Shown here piece after piece: positions 24,250 through 39,100 of a stretch of 64,000 nt of DNA (within the stretch, counting starts at the first letter, position 1; each line of letters begins with the position of its first letter). The notes beneath the pieces were generated by a model. It was not told where the DNA came from and searched no databases. It was given only the letters and a program-made list of their open reading frames with translations. Where the stretch lies: contig OZ199838.1 in the NCBI GenBank assembly GCA_964304625.1, positions 10,063,741 through 10,127,740 of the forward strand, written 5' to 3'. The DNA comes from Kudoa neothunni (lineage: Eukaryota > Animalia > Cnidaria). The translations under genes were made by a program, and so were the position numbers.

Positions 24250-24851
24250 CGGGGGTTCTCGTTCGAGGGTAAATTTTAAATGACAGGGAATGAATTAAAT
24301 GACATCAAAATCGAATAGGGACAATTTTTGCATAATGGGGGTTGTGATGTACTTAAGGATTTCTACGGAATTATATTATTCAAGCTACTAAACTCAATAT
24401 GGCGTCGGCAGAGGCGCTTAAAATGGTTTACGAATAAGAATCGAACAACTATTTATAAATCTATAATTGGTCTCTTCTTTTTATGTCTGCCTCGTTTGTC
24501 TTTTAGTGATATAACCTAATAATGCTTAAAGTGGCTATTTGCACGATAAATAATATTCGGGTGTCACTAGTTTTGACTATTTTTAATTATTTCTGGCTAT
24601 TAAGAGCAAAGAAATGGGCTAAAAGTAATCGTATTTAGCAAAAGCTAAATAATTAAATCCACAGATAACTTATGAATAAAAGTTGATGAGGTTAAAAATT
24701 ATCATAATGCAACCGGCACATGATTTTAAGGATAAGAATTTACCCTGCGAATAGCCGCATTCATAGATAAACCAGTATAAAATTTTAAAGTAAATATGAA
24801 TTTGATTTCGAAGCTGAGGGGGTAAATTTGAAAAACGATTGAGAACCCCTG
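24250..24851. mobile_element. Degenerate hAT-like MITE
   Basis: CGGGGGTTCTC at 24250 and GAGAACCCCTG ending 24851; both flanks have a central TA but the TSD is otherwise poorly matched. Confidence 0.45.
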
Positions 24852-26131
24852 GTTTAGATTATAAAATAATTGTTCATTTAATATTTTTCTACCAAAGGAT
24901 TTAACATTTGTTTAGAGTTTTATTTTTTGATTAGTATATAAGAATAGGTATAAACTATATTTTAATTCCTCTATAAAATTACGAACCACACATTAGTAAA
25001 CGAAAATTGGAGAAAAACAAAAAATTTATTTACATTCAACTGACATATTTTTCAAAAATACCAGTCTAATGTGAAGATTCTCATTAGTCAGAGTTTTCTT
25101 ATTTATTTCTTTTATAAATTCTTGGTTGTGAAAATTTCCACAATTTACGAACGGCTCGGCTCGCCTTCCGTTGTAGCGGGTGTGAGGGCAGGAGGCTCAA
25201 AATATTTATTTAAAAGATCTTTATATTTATTTTTAATAAAATAAAATCGTAAAGTTACTTTTAAAAGAATGTATTCAATATAAAAATCCTTAGACACAGT
25301 ATTAAGACTGTTTCTTGGGATATTCGTTCGTTGTGGAGGGAACTCGACAAATACATTAGGGTGTCAATTTCATACTAATTAATGAAAATATTGTTTATAT
25401 GCTAATTCAGCTGTACATTTATATTATTTTAAGTGATATGATTAAAAAATATATCACATAAAGAGATGATGGAATTGATGAGGTATTTCTTTTAGTGGAA
25501 AGTAACAAATGTTATCAAGTGATTATTTCAAATATTATAAGAATTCTCGTAAAAAAAGTGTTAAACTCAGTATTTGCAAAAATAAAAGTTATCTTATGAA
25601 GTTATAATTTTTACGGATAAAAATTAAGGTGACAAAATCTTATACTCATAAAAAGCTTGTTATGAATTTGAATATATATAAAACAAATATTGATTTAAAA
25701 AATTTAGCAATAAATTGGGAAATACTTAAAAATCAACACAAGTGAATATTTGGATTAATAGGGTACCAACTAGATGATCATTTGTTTGTTTCCAAGGGTT
25801 ATCTACTTTATGAATAAGTTTTCAGAATATTAAAATAAAAATTGCTTGATGAATTCTATAAAAACTATAACATTATTTAGTGAAAATTGATAACTCATGC
25901 ATAAAAAATGAATAACGATAACTTAATTAAATATAATGAGAACAATTACAAGGGTCAAATACGATATAATGATTGAAAATGAGATGTTGGAAAAAATCGC
26001 GCAAACAAAAAAACAAGGCCCACATATATACTCAAAAAATTTAAAGATCAGACCGCGTCATAAAATTAAGATAAAAATAATAAAAACGTATTTTATTTTT
26101 ATTATTTTAACAAAAACAAGACTTGGGAGAA

Positions 26132-28628
26132 TTATTTAACAGAAAAATTTGAATCTGTTTTTTTCTTTGGTTTTCTGTTACGAGTTTGAAGAGAAGCTTT
26201 TTTCATGGATAGCGGTCGATTGACCTATGTATTAATATTATAATAGGCCAGTTTGGTGGAAATAGGCTCGGCATATTACTCTGTGCAGTTTATAGTAGAG
26301 ACCACAAGCATTGCATACTGATTCACCTTCTGCATTTCTCCTCCACAGCGTTGTTTGTGTTGTATAACAATTGATACAGAAGGCGCCTGCCTTTTTTTTG
26401 TTGATCTAAACAACAAACCCATATAATATAAGACCAACTAATACAATATGCTAGATAAGGTCACGTACAGGTTTCTTTTTGATTTGAATGGTGTTCTTAG
26501 AGCATTGGTCTATTTTGTAAATGATTCCACAGGAGTAGCACATAAAGTGGGACAACCCTCCCTTTTTCCATAAAGTAGATGTCAATTGGCCACAATTTAG
26601 ACATTCTAGAAATTTGTTGAAAAATATATTGATCAGAAAACGGAAATAATTTTTATAGGTACTGGTATTGATAGGTAAGTTTGAAGGATTGTTTAAATTG
26701 GTGACGGGCGGCTGTGGGTTGATTACGGTTCCAGGCTGATTGTTGTTGATTGGTGCAAATTGCGGGACGAAGCCGTCTTCACACTTAAAACCAGGATGTG
26801 CGACTGTACCCACTAGAACACAAGAAGCAATCAGATAAGAGACAGATTGATGTCACATGAGAAACTACCTCCGCAGCTGGTATCACAAGCGGGATTGACC
26901 TTAGGTGGAACTTTTAGCGGAGAAGTTTTGGCAGAATTATCGGGTATAAAAGGCAATCCGGGTAATGTTGGAGTCGGTCTGTTGCCAGTTCGATCATTTG
27001 AAAAGTAATCGTTAGGATAGTTTAGATTGAAAGGAGTAGGATAAAAGTTCGCGGCAGAATTCATGTATGAGTTTACCATTGGTTTATTATTAAACGGGTT
27101 GTTTGTGCTATAAATCTCAGACGACGCTAGATCATGGCTGTAGGTTTTACTGGTTATTAAGGGGGTAAACACTGAGCTTCCATCGATGTTGTTGGAGCTC
27201 ATTGTTGAGTTCGAAATAGCTGCGGGCCCATCAATGTAGGATGATGAGGGAAAAGGGAACATCATGGGGTTAAACATGTTCATTTCTTTCATATTATTAT
27301 TGTTTTTGTCCATCGATGCAAAATTTTCACTACTATTCATGCCCATCCAAGGGGTCGAGTATTGGTTGGTGTTGGTGGGAAAACTGTTATAACTATTTGA
27401 AGTAGAATTATTAGTATTATAAGTCTTTCCGCTGTTCCGATAGAGGTTTTCGTTGAGATTAATCAAATAATCGTTATGTAGGAATTTGCTATTCGATCCA
27501 TCTTTACCTAACCAAATTACACGTCAAGAAGGTGTTTCATTTGTTTAGACATTTGGTAATGATTAATTAATTAGTGGACTAATTGCGTCAACTTTGAGCC
27601 CATTTTTAATGCGCTATAAACAACCAGCGCCTAATTGAACCTTTAATAGTTATGACGGTTACATAATAGTATTAGTATTTAAATTATTATACAGGTTATC
27701 AGTTTTAAAATTGATTTCTTGTATCACCAAAATTAAATCACATGCTAAAACTGTGTAAAGATTTTTTAAATCTCCCCTTGTAACTAGTCTAATACCATAA
27801 AACAGATAATTTATTGGTTGATGTAACGGAACAAATTTAATGGGGTTATAATATACTTTTTTCTGTGATGGTTAATGGGGTTGCGATCGAACAAACTGGT
27901 AATTCATTGTTATATTGGCGTTTTGAATAGATGTTGTGGTAGACGTTTGGAGTCGATGTAGCGTTGTAATTATTTGCACACAATATCGGGTTTATTTGGG
28001 AAGGAGTGGAGCCGGTTCCGCCTCGTTTATTGTTACTACCATCTCTGCTGCTGTTATCGTTAGAAAAGTTTTGATTATCATAGAACGTGTAGGATGTGGA
28101 ATCTTGATTTTTTTGATAATTTATTAATCCATGAATCTTTAGATTTTCGTTCGAAGATAAGCCACTTAATAATGTCCCCTTGCTAGGATTGTTGTTGTTG
28201 TTATTGCTGCTACTGACGATAAAAGATGAGTTACTCAGTGTCGATTTATCATCATTTTTGATTGTTGTAGGTGAGGTTAACCCTCCATTGTTGGGCAACA
28301 ACATGAAACTTGAGGAGTTGGAATTTTTCCCATCGTTAGATGAGCTGTATTCGAGAGTAGTAGATGAATTAAGATTGCCAAAATCGTTTGTTGCATTATT
28401 TGTTGACAAAGCAGTTACACCTCCAACGTTGAGTTTGTTTGACGATTGGAGACTGTTATAAGAGTTTCCGGCGGGAGATTCTTCTCTTAACATAAATACT
28501 GAATTCACTGCGTTGGTAGGATGGAAAGACTCGCTGGAAACTAAGGCATTTGTCTTAGTATTGTTCTCGGTCGCATTTTTAACCAATATATTCTGCCCAA
28601 TTGTTAGGTTATCTTTAAAATTTATCAT
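26132..28628 (-). CDS. GATA: GATA transcription factor with two zinc fingers; exons 28628-27857, 27507-26869, 26812-26663, 26605-26469, 26405-26280, 26224-26132
   Basis: C-finger [33 protein letters not shown]|[18 protein letters not shown] with the conserved intron after KLHx; N-finger CLNC-X17-CYSC; frame-preserving GT-AG introns. Confidence 0.93.
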
Positions 28629-31600
28629 TCTGAGAGAGTTTTTTCAAGCTTGACACAATACTCTGTAAATCTGACCATAGTTAACATCCAAATAACAACT
28701 ATTACCTATTAGTGCACTAGTAGTTGAAAGTTTGTGAATTTTAACAGAATTTTCTCACTAACCACAAACCACAACGAATGTAACTTGGTTTAAATTGTTA
28801 TCTAGATAATTATCTTTTTTACAATTATAGCGCTTATCGGAGTATTTTTTCGGTTGATAACTCTCTAATTGTTTCAGTTCTTTTAAAATATCTATCGAAC
28901 AATTCAACATTATTTAAAGTTCCCGACATATCTGGTTGATCAGATATAATCTTTTTACGCCAAAGATTAAGATAACGACAAACAAAGCATTTCTCTTAAC
29001 CTACATCCACCTTGCTCACGTTGATATTGTGCTCTGACCAGTTCCCAGTGCCCGTAAACATTTCAACCCAAAGTTCTTAATCAAAAATATTTTATCTTAT
29101 TTAAATCGGTCGACTTATTGAGTTTTACGCCTAACGAAATTTTTTATAAGCGAGTTTGCACACGCACAAATATTTTCAATAATGACAAACAAACAGTTTC
29201 ATATTATTCGACCTATACTAGCTCATAATTGAAGCCAACCTTCGATTCGAGAAATTATTTTGTAACACAATGAAATGAGATTATTATTTAAACGGTCAGT
29301 AGAGAACAGCCTTATAGAAATTGAACAATATTGACTGTTAGTGGTCGTGAAGGTATTCACGATTTTGGCTGTGATTAATTTAATAAAAAATATTTTCAAT
29401 TGTATAGCGTTGGTAATTAGAATTCTAAATGTTCCATCAACTCGCTTTTATGCCATTATAAAGGCCTGTTCGGCGTTCTCAATCGCAGCCGACCATGAGT
29501 ACACAATATTTTATGGAACCAACCCCTCTACAATATTACTTTCGGACTTTTCCCAATTAGACCAATTAGGGGGGAAAGTTTCCGATAGATTTTTAACAAA
29601 TATAAATTTATCCTATCATTGTAGTTGTTTCATACATATTGATAGGTTATAAAGATGAGATCGCGCGCTCTATAATGTTATCACCTTTTCTATATGATTT
29701 CATAGAATTTCGTCGATTAACAGATTTCATCATTGTTAGCTTTTATCATCTGTTATCACACAAGAAATCTTCTATAATGCAAGATACATACATAAGAACC
29801 CCATCTTGTTATGCGTTTAAATAATTTTTCAACACAGTTTAATCAATTTTATATTATAATTTTTTCAAAAACTAAATATTTCGTTGAGTGATTCAAAATT
29901 TGATCCAACTATTTTATATTAGTTTCACAATGCGAGAAGGATTTATAGCCAGTATATTAAAAACTAATAATAACCAGACTACGAACGATTGACGAGTTTG
30001 TTTAATTTTATTGACTAAATACCCTGGTTTTTTCTTACAATCGTAAATTTTAGCAGTGTTACTCGGTAGCAATTAATTTTCTTTCTTAAAAACATCATTT
30101 CCATAAATATATTCGACAGATTTCTATATTATATTTAAATTAATGAAATGTTTGACTTGGAATACATAACTTTTATTAAATTTACATATTTAAGTATTAA
30201 AATAAGATGATGTGGATTGATCATCATAAATCAAATTTTATACCATAAGAAACAATTTTTAATTTCCTCAGCTATGTTTAACATTGAAATATTATTATAT
30301 AACAATGTTAAGATTATTTCATTAATTGGCACAATGCTATTAGATTTGATAAATACATTATTTTTGATTAAATTTTAGACGAAATCCAATTATTTTAATC
30401 GTATTGTAGCACTGTTTGAATAAGTTGGTAAATTAATAGATGTGATTGGAAATTTCTTAAAAATAAATCTTTTATTTTACAACAAATAATTTTTGTTTGA
30501 CCACTATTGATGGCATGTTTGCTACTAGCATTCAAAGTTCTAGCTGACTAACAATTAATTGCTAGGTAGTTTTTAAGCAATGCATTAAATCTCTACATTT
30601 TCCATTTTATTTGCTAGCAATACGGAAATCGAATTTGTTAATACTACTGGACGAAGAAATTGTTCAATGACAGCCTTTATTTTTATCTGTTTCACCCTTA
30701 CGATTCTTATAAAGTAGTGCGTCCCAATTCACTTTTAGTTTTCGCGCCCTTGCCATTAATGAGTATAACGTTGCACCCTTTCTCGAAAAAGAAATTAAGA
30801 ACTAAATCTATTTTTAGTCGGGAAAATACTTCTATTAAAACTATCCAGAAAAAAAAATCGTCCACTTTAACAAGAAAACCAATGTATATAAAATAAACGC
30901 AACTGATTATTAATTAAATGTTTTGATTTCTTCCGGTCTTTCTGGGCAGTAATGAGACCAAAACGAGGTTCTTTATCAGATAAAGGTATGCATAAATCAT
31001 AATTTGTAAATAAACTAGATATATTAATATTCTGGTGGAAAGTATTAGATGTGGGTATCTGCACAGGCGCTAATTGTGGGGTTCATAAGTTTTTGTATAG
31101 ATTAAGAATTAAAAAATTAAATTTTGAAAATAAAAATGTATTTCAATCTCAAATGTAACATTTTAGTTTATATAATTTTTGAATACGAATTGATTTTAAT
31201 TTGAAGTATAAAAATCTAAAATAATTAAAAATTTGATCTTGTCACTAATTATAGTTTAATCTTAGTTTACTTGAAAAAATGAATACAATTTTTAATGGTT
31301 CAATCTATTTGAAACATTATATGTTTATCTCTTCCTTTAAAAAAATAATTAAACATTTTTACATTGAAGTACTTAATATTTTAAGTGATCGATTTATGAA
31401 TGAAAAGTAATAAATTATCGGTTTTATCTCATAAACGAATAAGTAAAAAATAATAAGTTGAAAAAAATTAATGTTGGTAAAATTTATTAAATGACTATTT
31501 GTTTATTAGACTCAATTCAGTATCGACTGCGCACGAATCGTACATGATATATTTTCGAGAGAGATTCTGATTATTAGGATCTGTAAATTACGCGCAATGC

Positions 31601-33175
31601 ATGCTCACCCGTACACTTTTTTCGTTGACTCAAGGTTTGAGTCTTGGACCCCAATCGGAGAGCCCTGTTAAAGTAAAACAGACGAAGTTTTGTATTCCTA
31701 ATCGTGAGCGTTTTTAAAAATTAAAATCAAAGTAAGGAAAAAGGTCTGGTTGTGGGCAACTTTAGTTTTCGTACAAACCTTTACTTAAAGAGAAAATGAA
31801 TTTCTCACCATGCTCCCACAGTGCATAGGCTTGAATGACATATTCTGTGAATAGATCTCATTTTGTTCAACGAAAAATATTGAGTAAATTTAAGACATGT
31901 GGCTTCATTGGTAAAATATATACCATTATTATTTATTGGCTGGCTAGAATAGAGTAGAAGTTAATAAAATTAATCCTTTGAACATTCCAAGTATATTACA
32001 TAGACACAGGTTTTACTTTGTTGGTTACGTTTTCAAATCTATGAATACAACGATAACAAATTAATGCAGAAATATCGAGAAATTGAGATAACTATTTTTT
32101 TAGATATCAATTATGGACAAATAAAATTGTTCGAAAAGTTTCTGACTTATTTTCAATATACTCTTAATTTAGTAATAAATCGAGTAAATAATAAACTTGA
32201 CGTAGATTGTTTTAACTTTCAGATGAACGAAAACTAAATTAAAGACAATGGACATTTCAACGGATGTTTTTAATTAAAAAGGGCAACACGCAAGCGCGAT
32301 GCCTTTATTACTCCCCATAAACTCTTTTTATAATTGATATAAAAAAGTTTATCCTTTAGAATCAAATTTCGTTAATTATTAATAGCCTACTCTTAGTGAA
32401 CAGAAATAAATAACTCTCACCACAATTGTGTGCTCTAGATTAAATTATTATATGCAAATAGGCACATACTTTTATTATTATTATTGTATGCTTTAAAAAT
32501 TCTCGTTAAATAAAAACTCTTTTCAAGCTGACACACTTATAATAGACTGAGTGAATTGAGACGTAGAAAGTCTATGCGAATTATTTGATTTTATCTTTTT
32601 AATCTTCACATGCGTGTACTTTCTTTTATTAGGCTATTAAAATTAATTCTGGAAGCTTATGTTAAAATAATTACACATATACATTGGTTTCTTACAGAAT
32701 ATAAAATTACAGTCTCATTCGATATAATACACTAATATTAATTCGATTTAATTTCAATCCATCAATTAAAGTTTGGATAGAACTTTCAACTCCTACCAGC
32801 ATGGATTAGATTTCCGATAGTAACAGCAACAGTAATCAAACCACTTTACAACAACTCAAGTTCATATTAACTTTATTGACTTCATTATTGAAATTTGATT
32901 CTCAAATCTAAAAATTGATAAACATACTAACCAAATACAAAAATATGATTTTAATCAACGTGAAATATTTAGAAAAATACAAAGTATTGTTAAAATTATA
33001 GATTGTAACAATTTGGGATCAAATTGTTAGGCAACCTAAACGTAATAACGTTCACCGAATGAACACAAATTGATTTCGCTCAAGCTCGATTAACAATCGG
33101 GGAGCGGTTGTTATAGATTTAGAATTGGTTAAATCGTTGGATTAACTCATAGTAGAATTTGGATTTGTATTGAGA

Positions 33176-36100
33176 ATGAGTCTCGAGTTGAATCCAATGC
33201 TTGGCTTGCCCGGGGAAGGAATAGACTGCAGCAGATGGCTCAGCATAACCCAAGACGTTGACATCATCTTTTCCGACGGTCTCATGAGTGGACAGCACTT
33301 TCTTGATATATACACGTATGTAGCCGATGTATGTGTGTGTTTATGCTGAAAAATGTAATTAGACGAGCTTACGATTACTGTCGTTCTCTTTCAAGAAAAC
33401 ATATTCCAATTTCAATTGATACCAACGACACCTACTCATCTTCCGAGGTTCCCTCCGGTGTGAGAGGTAATTTTGTATTTAAATTAATTTGAATTTAAAA
33501 TTTTTCATGAATTTCAACCCCACGATAGATTACAATAATCCCTGCCATTATTTGTATGCACATTTGAACGAGTATCTTATCAATAGTGTCATCAGGAAAG
33601 CACGAGAAGTATCTTCTGTGTTACAAACAGACAGACACTCAATTTCAAAAATATATTAGGACCTGATCCAATCACCCGATGACAATCTGATTAAACTTTA
33701 CATTAAAAAATGGAATGACTTTAAAGTCGGTGCCCAAACATTAAGTTCTGTCTACTCTTATGTCACGCGAGTATGGTGCAGTGATGAATTTGGTATCCGG
33801 CGATAAAGATTATGTCCAAAAAAATATATCAAGTAAATTAGTTATTGAAATCGAATTTCGCCTAATCATGCCAGTACTAAATGCGCCACGTTGGTAACAT
33901 CAACACCGTTATTTTTATCCCTAACTCATGACACAAAAGCTGGTTGGACATGCGATTTTAATAAGTATTTTTACGAAGAAATTATTGTTAAGGCTTAAAG
34001 TAACTTAATCTGAGAGAATAGCTTTAACTTTGTCGTAAAAAATTATTAACTTTCGGCTTTAATTTTGCGACAATCCTCAAAATATATTTAGAACCAGTTT
34101 CTAGAATTAAAATTAAAAAAGGGCATGTCTTACATCTCATTCACCTATAACTTAAAAGGAAATTTAACAATAAAAATTTTTGGAATATTATGAAGCAAAC
34201 TTGTTGATGCTTAAAAATAATTGAACAAATTATCGATATTATAATTTGAGTGTTTTAAAATGTGAATAAATTTTGTTGTTCATCCAGCCTTTTTTGCGTG
34301 TATTATTTAGTTTCTTTTTTTATATTGACCACTATAAACAAGGGGTTATACATTTGATGATAGAAACACGTCAAGTCGTGCTCTAGTTTGTACATTTTAC
34401 ATAGAAAACACTCCCTGATGTTATATCTGATTTGATAATTTTGGTTGGAAATTTGGGGAAAGAGATAAATTCTAAATATATCTTAGCATGCTAAATTTGT
34501 TTGTTTCTAAATTTGATTTTTCACATTACGAACGTTATCATCGAATCCCAACTAGAAAACTGGACATATCTGGGTGCCTGTGTGGGCTTTTTGTTTTTAA
34601 TCCTACAACTCCCATTTATGGATTACATTGAAAGTTTATAATTTCTTGTAATTATTGTTGTAAGTGGCTATTGACTCGGAGCATAATATTCAGGAAGGTA
34701 TAGTTTTGACTGTATTTAATTATTTATGGCCCCAGGAGCGTTTTGAAATTTTCCAGAAATAATTAAGTTATAGTAAATTCTATAAAATAAAATTTATCGA
34801 TCAACTATAAATAGGAGTTTCCCGGATTAAAAAATTGTCGACGCGAGTGCGTAGTTGCCATTTTAGATTAAAAACTTCCATGTCAATGTCAGTAGCCAGT
34901 GTCATTATCGTTTACTTCAAATTGTCTGATACAGGCTAGACATAATAAATTTAACCATGCTCCGAAGAATGAACTGATGTAAAATATTCGTGAATAGAAG
35001 TTGTTTTTTAATATATACGCCCGCGCGTGTAATGTTTCTTAGAATTGATTGGGTATTTCAAATAGACACCACTGCGCTTAAATGTTGTAGCATACCGAAT
35101 CGGATTGAAAAATAACCCTTACTAATACCTTGTAACAATAGAACATTTAGATATGCAAACATTTATTTTACAATTAAGTTTGGGGCAATATAATTATAAG
35201 AATTTTCATAGACTTGGACATATGGGGAACAATAGACTTTTATTAGTGTCACATGAATTATTTGTTTAATTTGGCGTGGAATTATTATTTTACCCGTTGT
35301 TATCTCTCATTCAAATTTGGAATGATAATAGGATTCGTAAGCATCCATTTAAAACGACGAGGAGACGCCACCAAAGAAATTTATAAGTGCATATGTGGCT
35401 GCATGAACAATTTGTTCATTTTTTATTCGTTAACCCAGTGTTTATAACATTAATTTTTATGAGCTTTTTTTATTTGAGGGAAAATTCGGCGCCTTGTAAA
35501 AAATCTGTCTCCATTCACAATAACGAAATGATGTTTTGAATTGTTTACAACATAATTATTAAACTGAATGATATTAATTAAACTTCTAAAGTCGTTAAAA
35601 AACCACCCTCGGAGGTCTTTTGGGGTCAATTTTACCCCAGATTATTACCTGGTAAAATTAATAACAAAATTTTTTGCCAATTCAATTCTCTGATATTTCT
35701 GATATCTAACGACTAGGTTTTCAATAAAAACAACATGAAATGTAACAATTAATCCGGTTGAATCTGTGACGTATTTATTCGTAAACTATTGGCAGGTGAA
35801 CGTAAAATATAAACCACTGTTTAATAACTAATTTTTTTGTTTAAAATAGTAATATTGGGTTTTCCCTCGGAAAAATCTCTTTATTTCAGCTTTTTGCGAA
35901 CAAAAAAGTTTATATATTACTGAAACAACCAATTATTATTTATTTTTCACGAAGGCCATTATATTTTTTCTTTTTTTTTTCTTGAATTCTAACGAACTGC
36001 AATCCAGTATTCAAAGCTAATTCAATAAATGTGGATGAGTGAGTAATAGCGAATTCAGTGATGATCTAGAATAATCAGGCAGCGAGCCTGACGACTGCTT

Positions 36101-39100
36101 TTTGAAAATCATCGGAAGATTCGGGCGAATTAATGGGGAGACAAGATTAATCTGGAATTTCTTGCGATCTCAAAATATCTCAAACAAAAAGAATTTTGAA
36201 CCTAACTTCTGGCCTTATCACTCATTAGTATCAAAGAATTCATAATATTTTTAGACTTTTTTTATTTTTTCTGAAATTATCTGTAAAAAAGTAATCGATT
36301 ACATTAATTGTTTGAAAAAAATCATTTTAAGAAACAATTGTATAAATATGGATTCTATTGATTTGAAACGGTTATATGGGTATCCCAATTCTAATGGCTT
36401 ATGCACAAGGATCGTGAAAAAACTATTATTTGAACTCTACGTTTTGTCTAAGGGTTTGAAAGGTTTGTCAGAAAAATGTAAGAATTGTTCAAATAGTTAG
36501 ATAATTCGGACTTAATTTTTTAAAAATTCTAATAATTGTTTTTTTTTGTGAGAAAGTTATAGTTTTTCCACTTAAATACCAGAACAATCCAAGAAAAATA
36601 TCATTTTTTCCTACGATAATTAGCAAACAGGATCTAAAATCATTGGTAGGGTATTAATATGGATTAAATGATATATTAATAACTGTTTTATAAAAAAATT
36701 GAGTTGATACAATTAAAAATACTATTATCTCAATTTTGAGGCGATTTTTATAGTAAAATAGGAAGATAAAAAATCTTGTCATACTATTATTGTGACTATT
36801 TTTTCCTTTAATTTTATTGCTATATATTGTACACAAATTTACGCAAATGGATAAAAAATGAAGGAATTTTAAAGAATGCACGAAGAGTAATATTGGTGTA
36901 AATTAGAATTTTGGGTCAATATAACCCCGTAAGTCGTCGCAAGGTTAATAAAATACATGCTTTAAGCAATTTTTTCATTTTATTTCATAGTTGTATACAT
37001 TTTTTTTAGATTTTCTTGTTTTATGTGTTAAAAATAAATTATTGTAATATTCAAATATTTTCTAATGCTTAACATTATTTTTCGTCTACACCGGGCCGCT
37101 GGAAAATTAGTGCTAATGTTGTTTGTTCTAATAAAATATTCATACTAGATGGGAGTTGCTTCGTGGTCAAAACATTTGTATCGACCTTGTTCAAATAGAA
37201 TCTATGATATCATTTTCACATTGGTTGACCTAGACAGAAGAGGAATTCCATTTGATCCAACCGATATTAGAATTCTGTTTGAAGCATTAGGTAATTTCAT
37301 CTACTACAATGGGCACAACTTGAAGATTTTTTTTGCAGCTGAACTGGGATATGGAGATCATAAACCCGTTCGACCAAAGACGGTGAAAAAGACTAGGAAG
37401 AATAAATTGGTCAAAAATTGCCGACGATATCGAATGCAGAACCATCGTAGGGGAGGATTTTTTCTTCAAGATATATTGCAGTTCTGCACAATTATTGTAA
37501 AAGTCTTTTCCCTTATGTAAAATAAATTTTATGGGTTGCGTTTATTATGTATTTGGGTAAGGTACAAACACTTTATCGAGAAGAGCAACATCGATGTAAA
37601 TCGTTTTTTCAGCCAATTTGATGCTGAACGGGTACGGTTGGTTTTTGAGTGGTTAGATCGCTCGCTGTTATCACCTAATTGTTTTTATTGTAGATTACCG
37701 CTTCAATGGACAGAGTTTTAATTACACCAGTACATCAGATGTTATTTAATGAGTTCTTTACTTGTATCGAAATTAACAAATACGAAAGTATTTGATTTAT
37801 ATAGAAACATTATAAAAATCGATATCAATCTGATTTTAGATCTCATCAATATATATCTCCTTATCAAAAGAGTAGACACTATTTACATTGCATTCAAAAA
37901 TGCTTTCGTTTGCTTTATTCATAACAGCATGGCGAAGCGATTCGATGCATTCATGGAAGGCGATCTCATTCGTAGAGTATTTATTTCTGGATTAATTATT
38001 TTCACAGTCTGTAATACTCGGTTGTAAAGTGTATTTGTTTCCTAACACACCCCTCTTAAATATCTAACATTGAAGAAATCGTTATCTATAATAACATTTG
38101 AAAGTTTTTGAATATCAACCGTTCTAATCGACAAATACTAGTTTCAAAAATATAACATAGCTCCCAAATGTGGTTTTTTAATTAACCTTGACTGTGAAAA
38201 TAAATTCTTCCTTATTTTATTCACAACGACTTGCTACAAACCAAATGTAATGATACTATAATTTTACTAAATAGGAAAAATGCTTTGCATTTGTGAAATC
38301 ATTTATTGAATTGTATAACTATCTCTACAATGTTATTATGATATTTGCGGCGGATCTCTGGACGCCAGAAAAATGTTTGGCTCATGTAATATAGTTGATA
38401 TCGATTATTTGTGTTGTTACGCCACAAATATAATCTTTTGTGTGTATACCACCGTTGCTATATATTAATGTGATAGGTATTCAGTTCACGACTCAACTCT
38501 TACAAAGTTGAAGAAACTTCGTCGTTAGTGCAAGTTGTTGCTTTCTACATCCATAAAAAAATTATGTAAATGGTAGTTAGATTTGTTGTTTGTTGATGCT
38601 GATATGTCTTTTTAAATAGGTATAAAAAGAATCCTGAGTTGTTGAATGCGAATATTCATCGATTACGGGAGAAGTTTCATGATTGGGTAAGCTGATTTTC
38701 TAAGATCGACATTTTTATCCGGTGTAATAAGTGGGTGATGTGTGGCCCAAAGCATATTTTGGCATGTGTATGTAATAGTTTTAAAATGAGTACAACAATT
38801 TAATTACTAAAAATAATAACATGCCACTTTTAGTTTGTATTTTCGATCTTCGAATGTATAAGGCGAGTGTGCAATAGAAAGTAAATAAGTTACTACCGGG
38901 TTTTTCATCCAAAACCGGACAACGTGACGATCAAAACCGGACGGCGCATTTGTTAAGCAAATAAAAGCGTAGCAGTTCATACAATTAAAATAGCATAATT
39001 CCAAGAGAGAGTGTGTCAAATGATTTAAGAAAGAGGGCCATTGTGCTTGTACTTGATGAGGGAAAACCTCTTAGTTTAGTATCCGCGCGATTTAGGTATT

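Noticed and set aside
30660-31064. Short ORFs between GATA and cullin
   Set aside because: No recognisable motifs or consistent exon structure.
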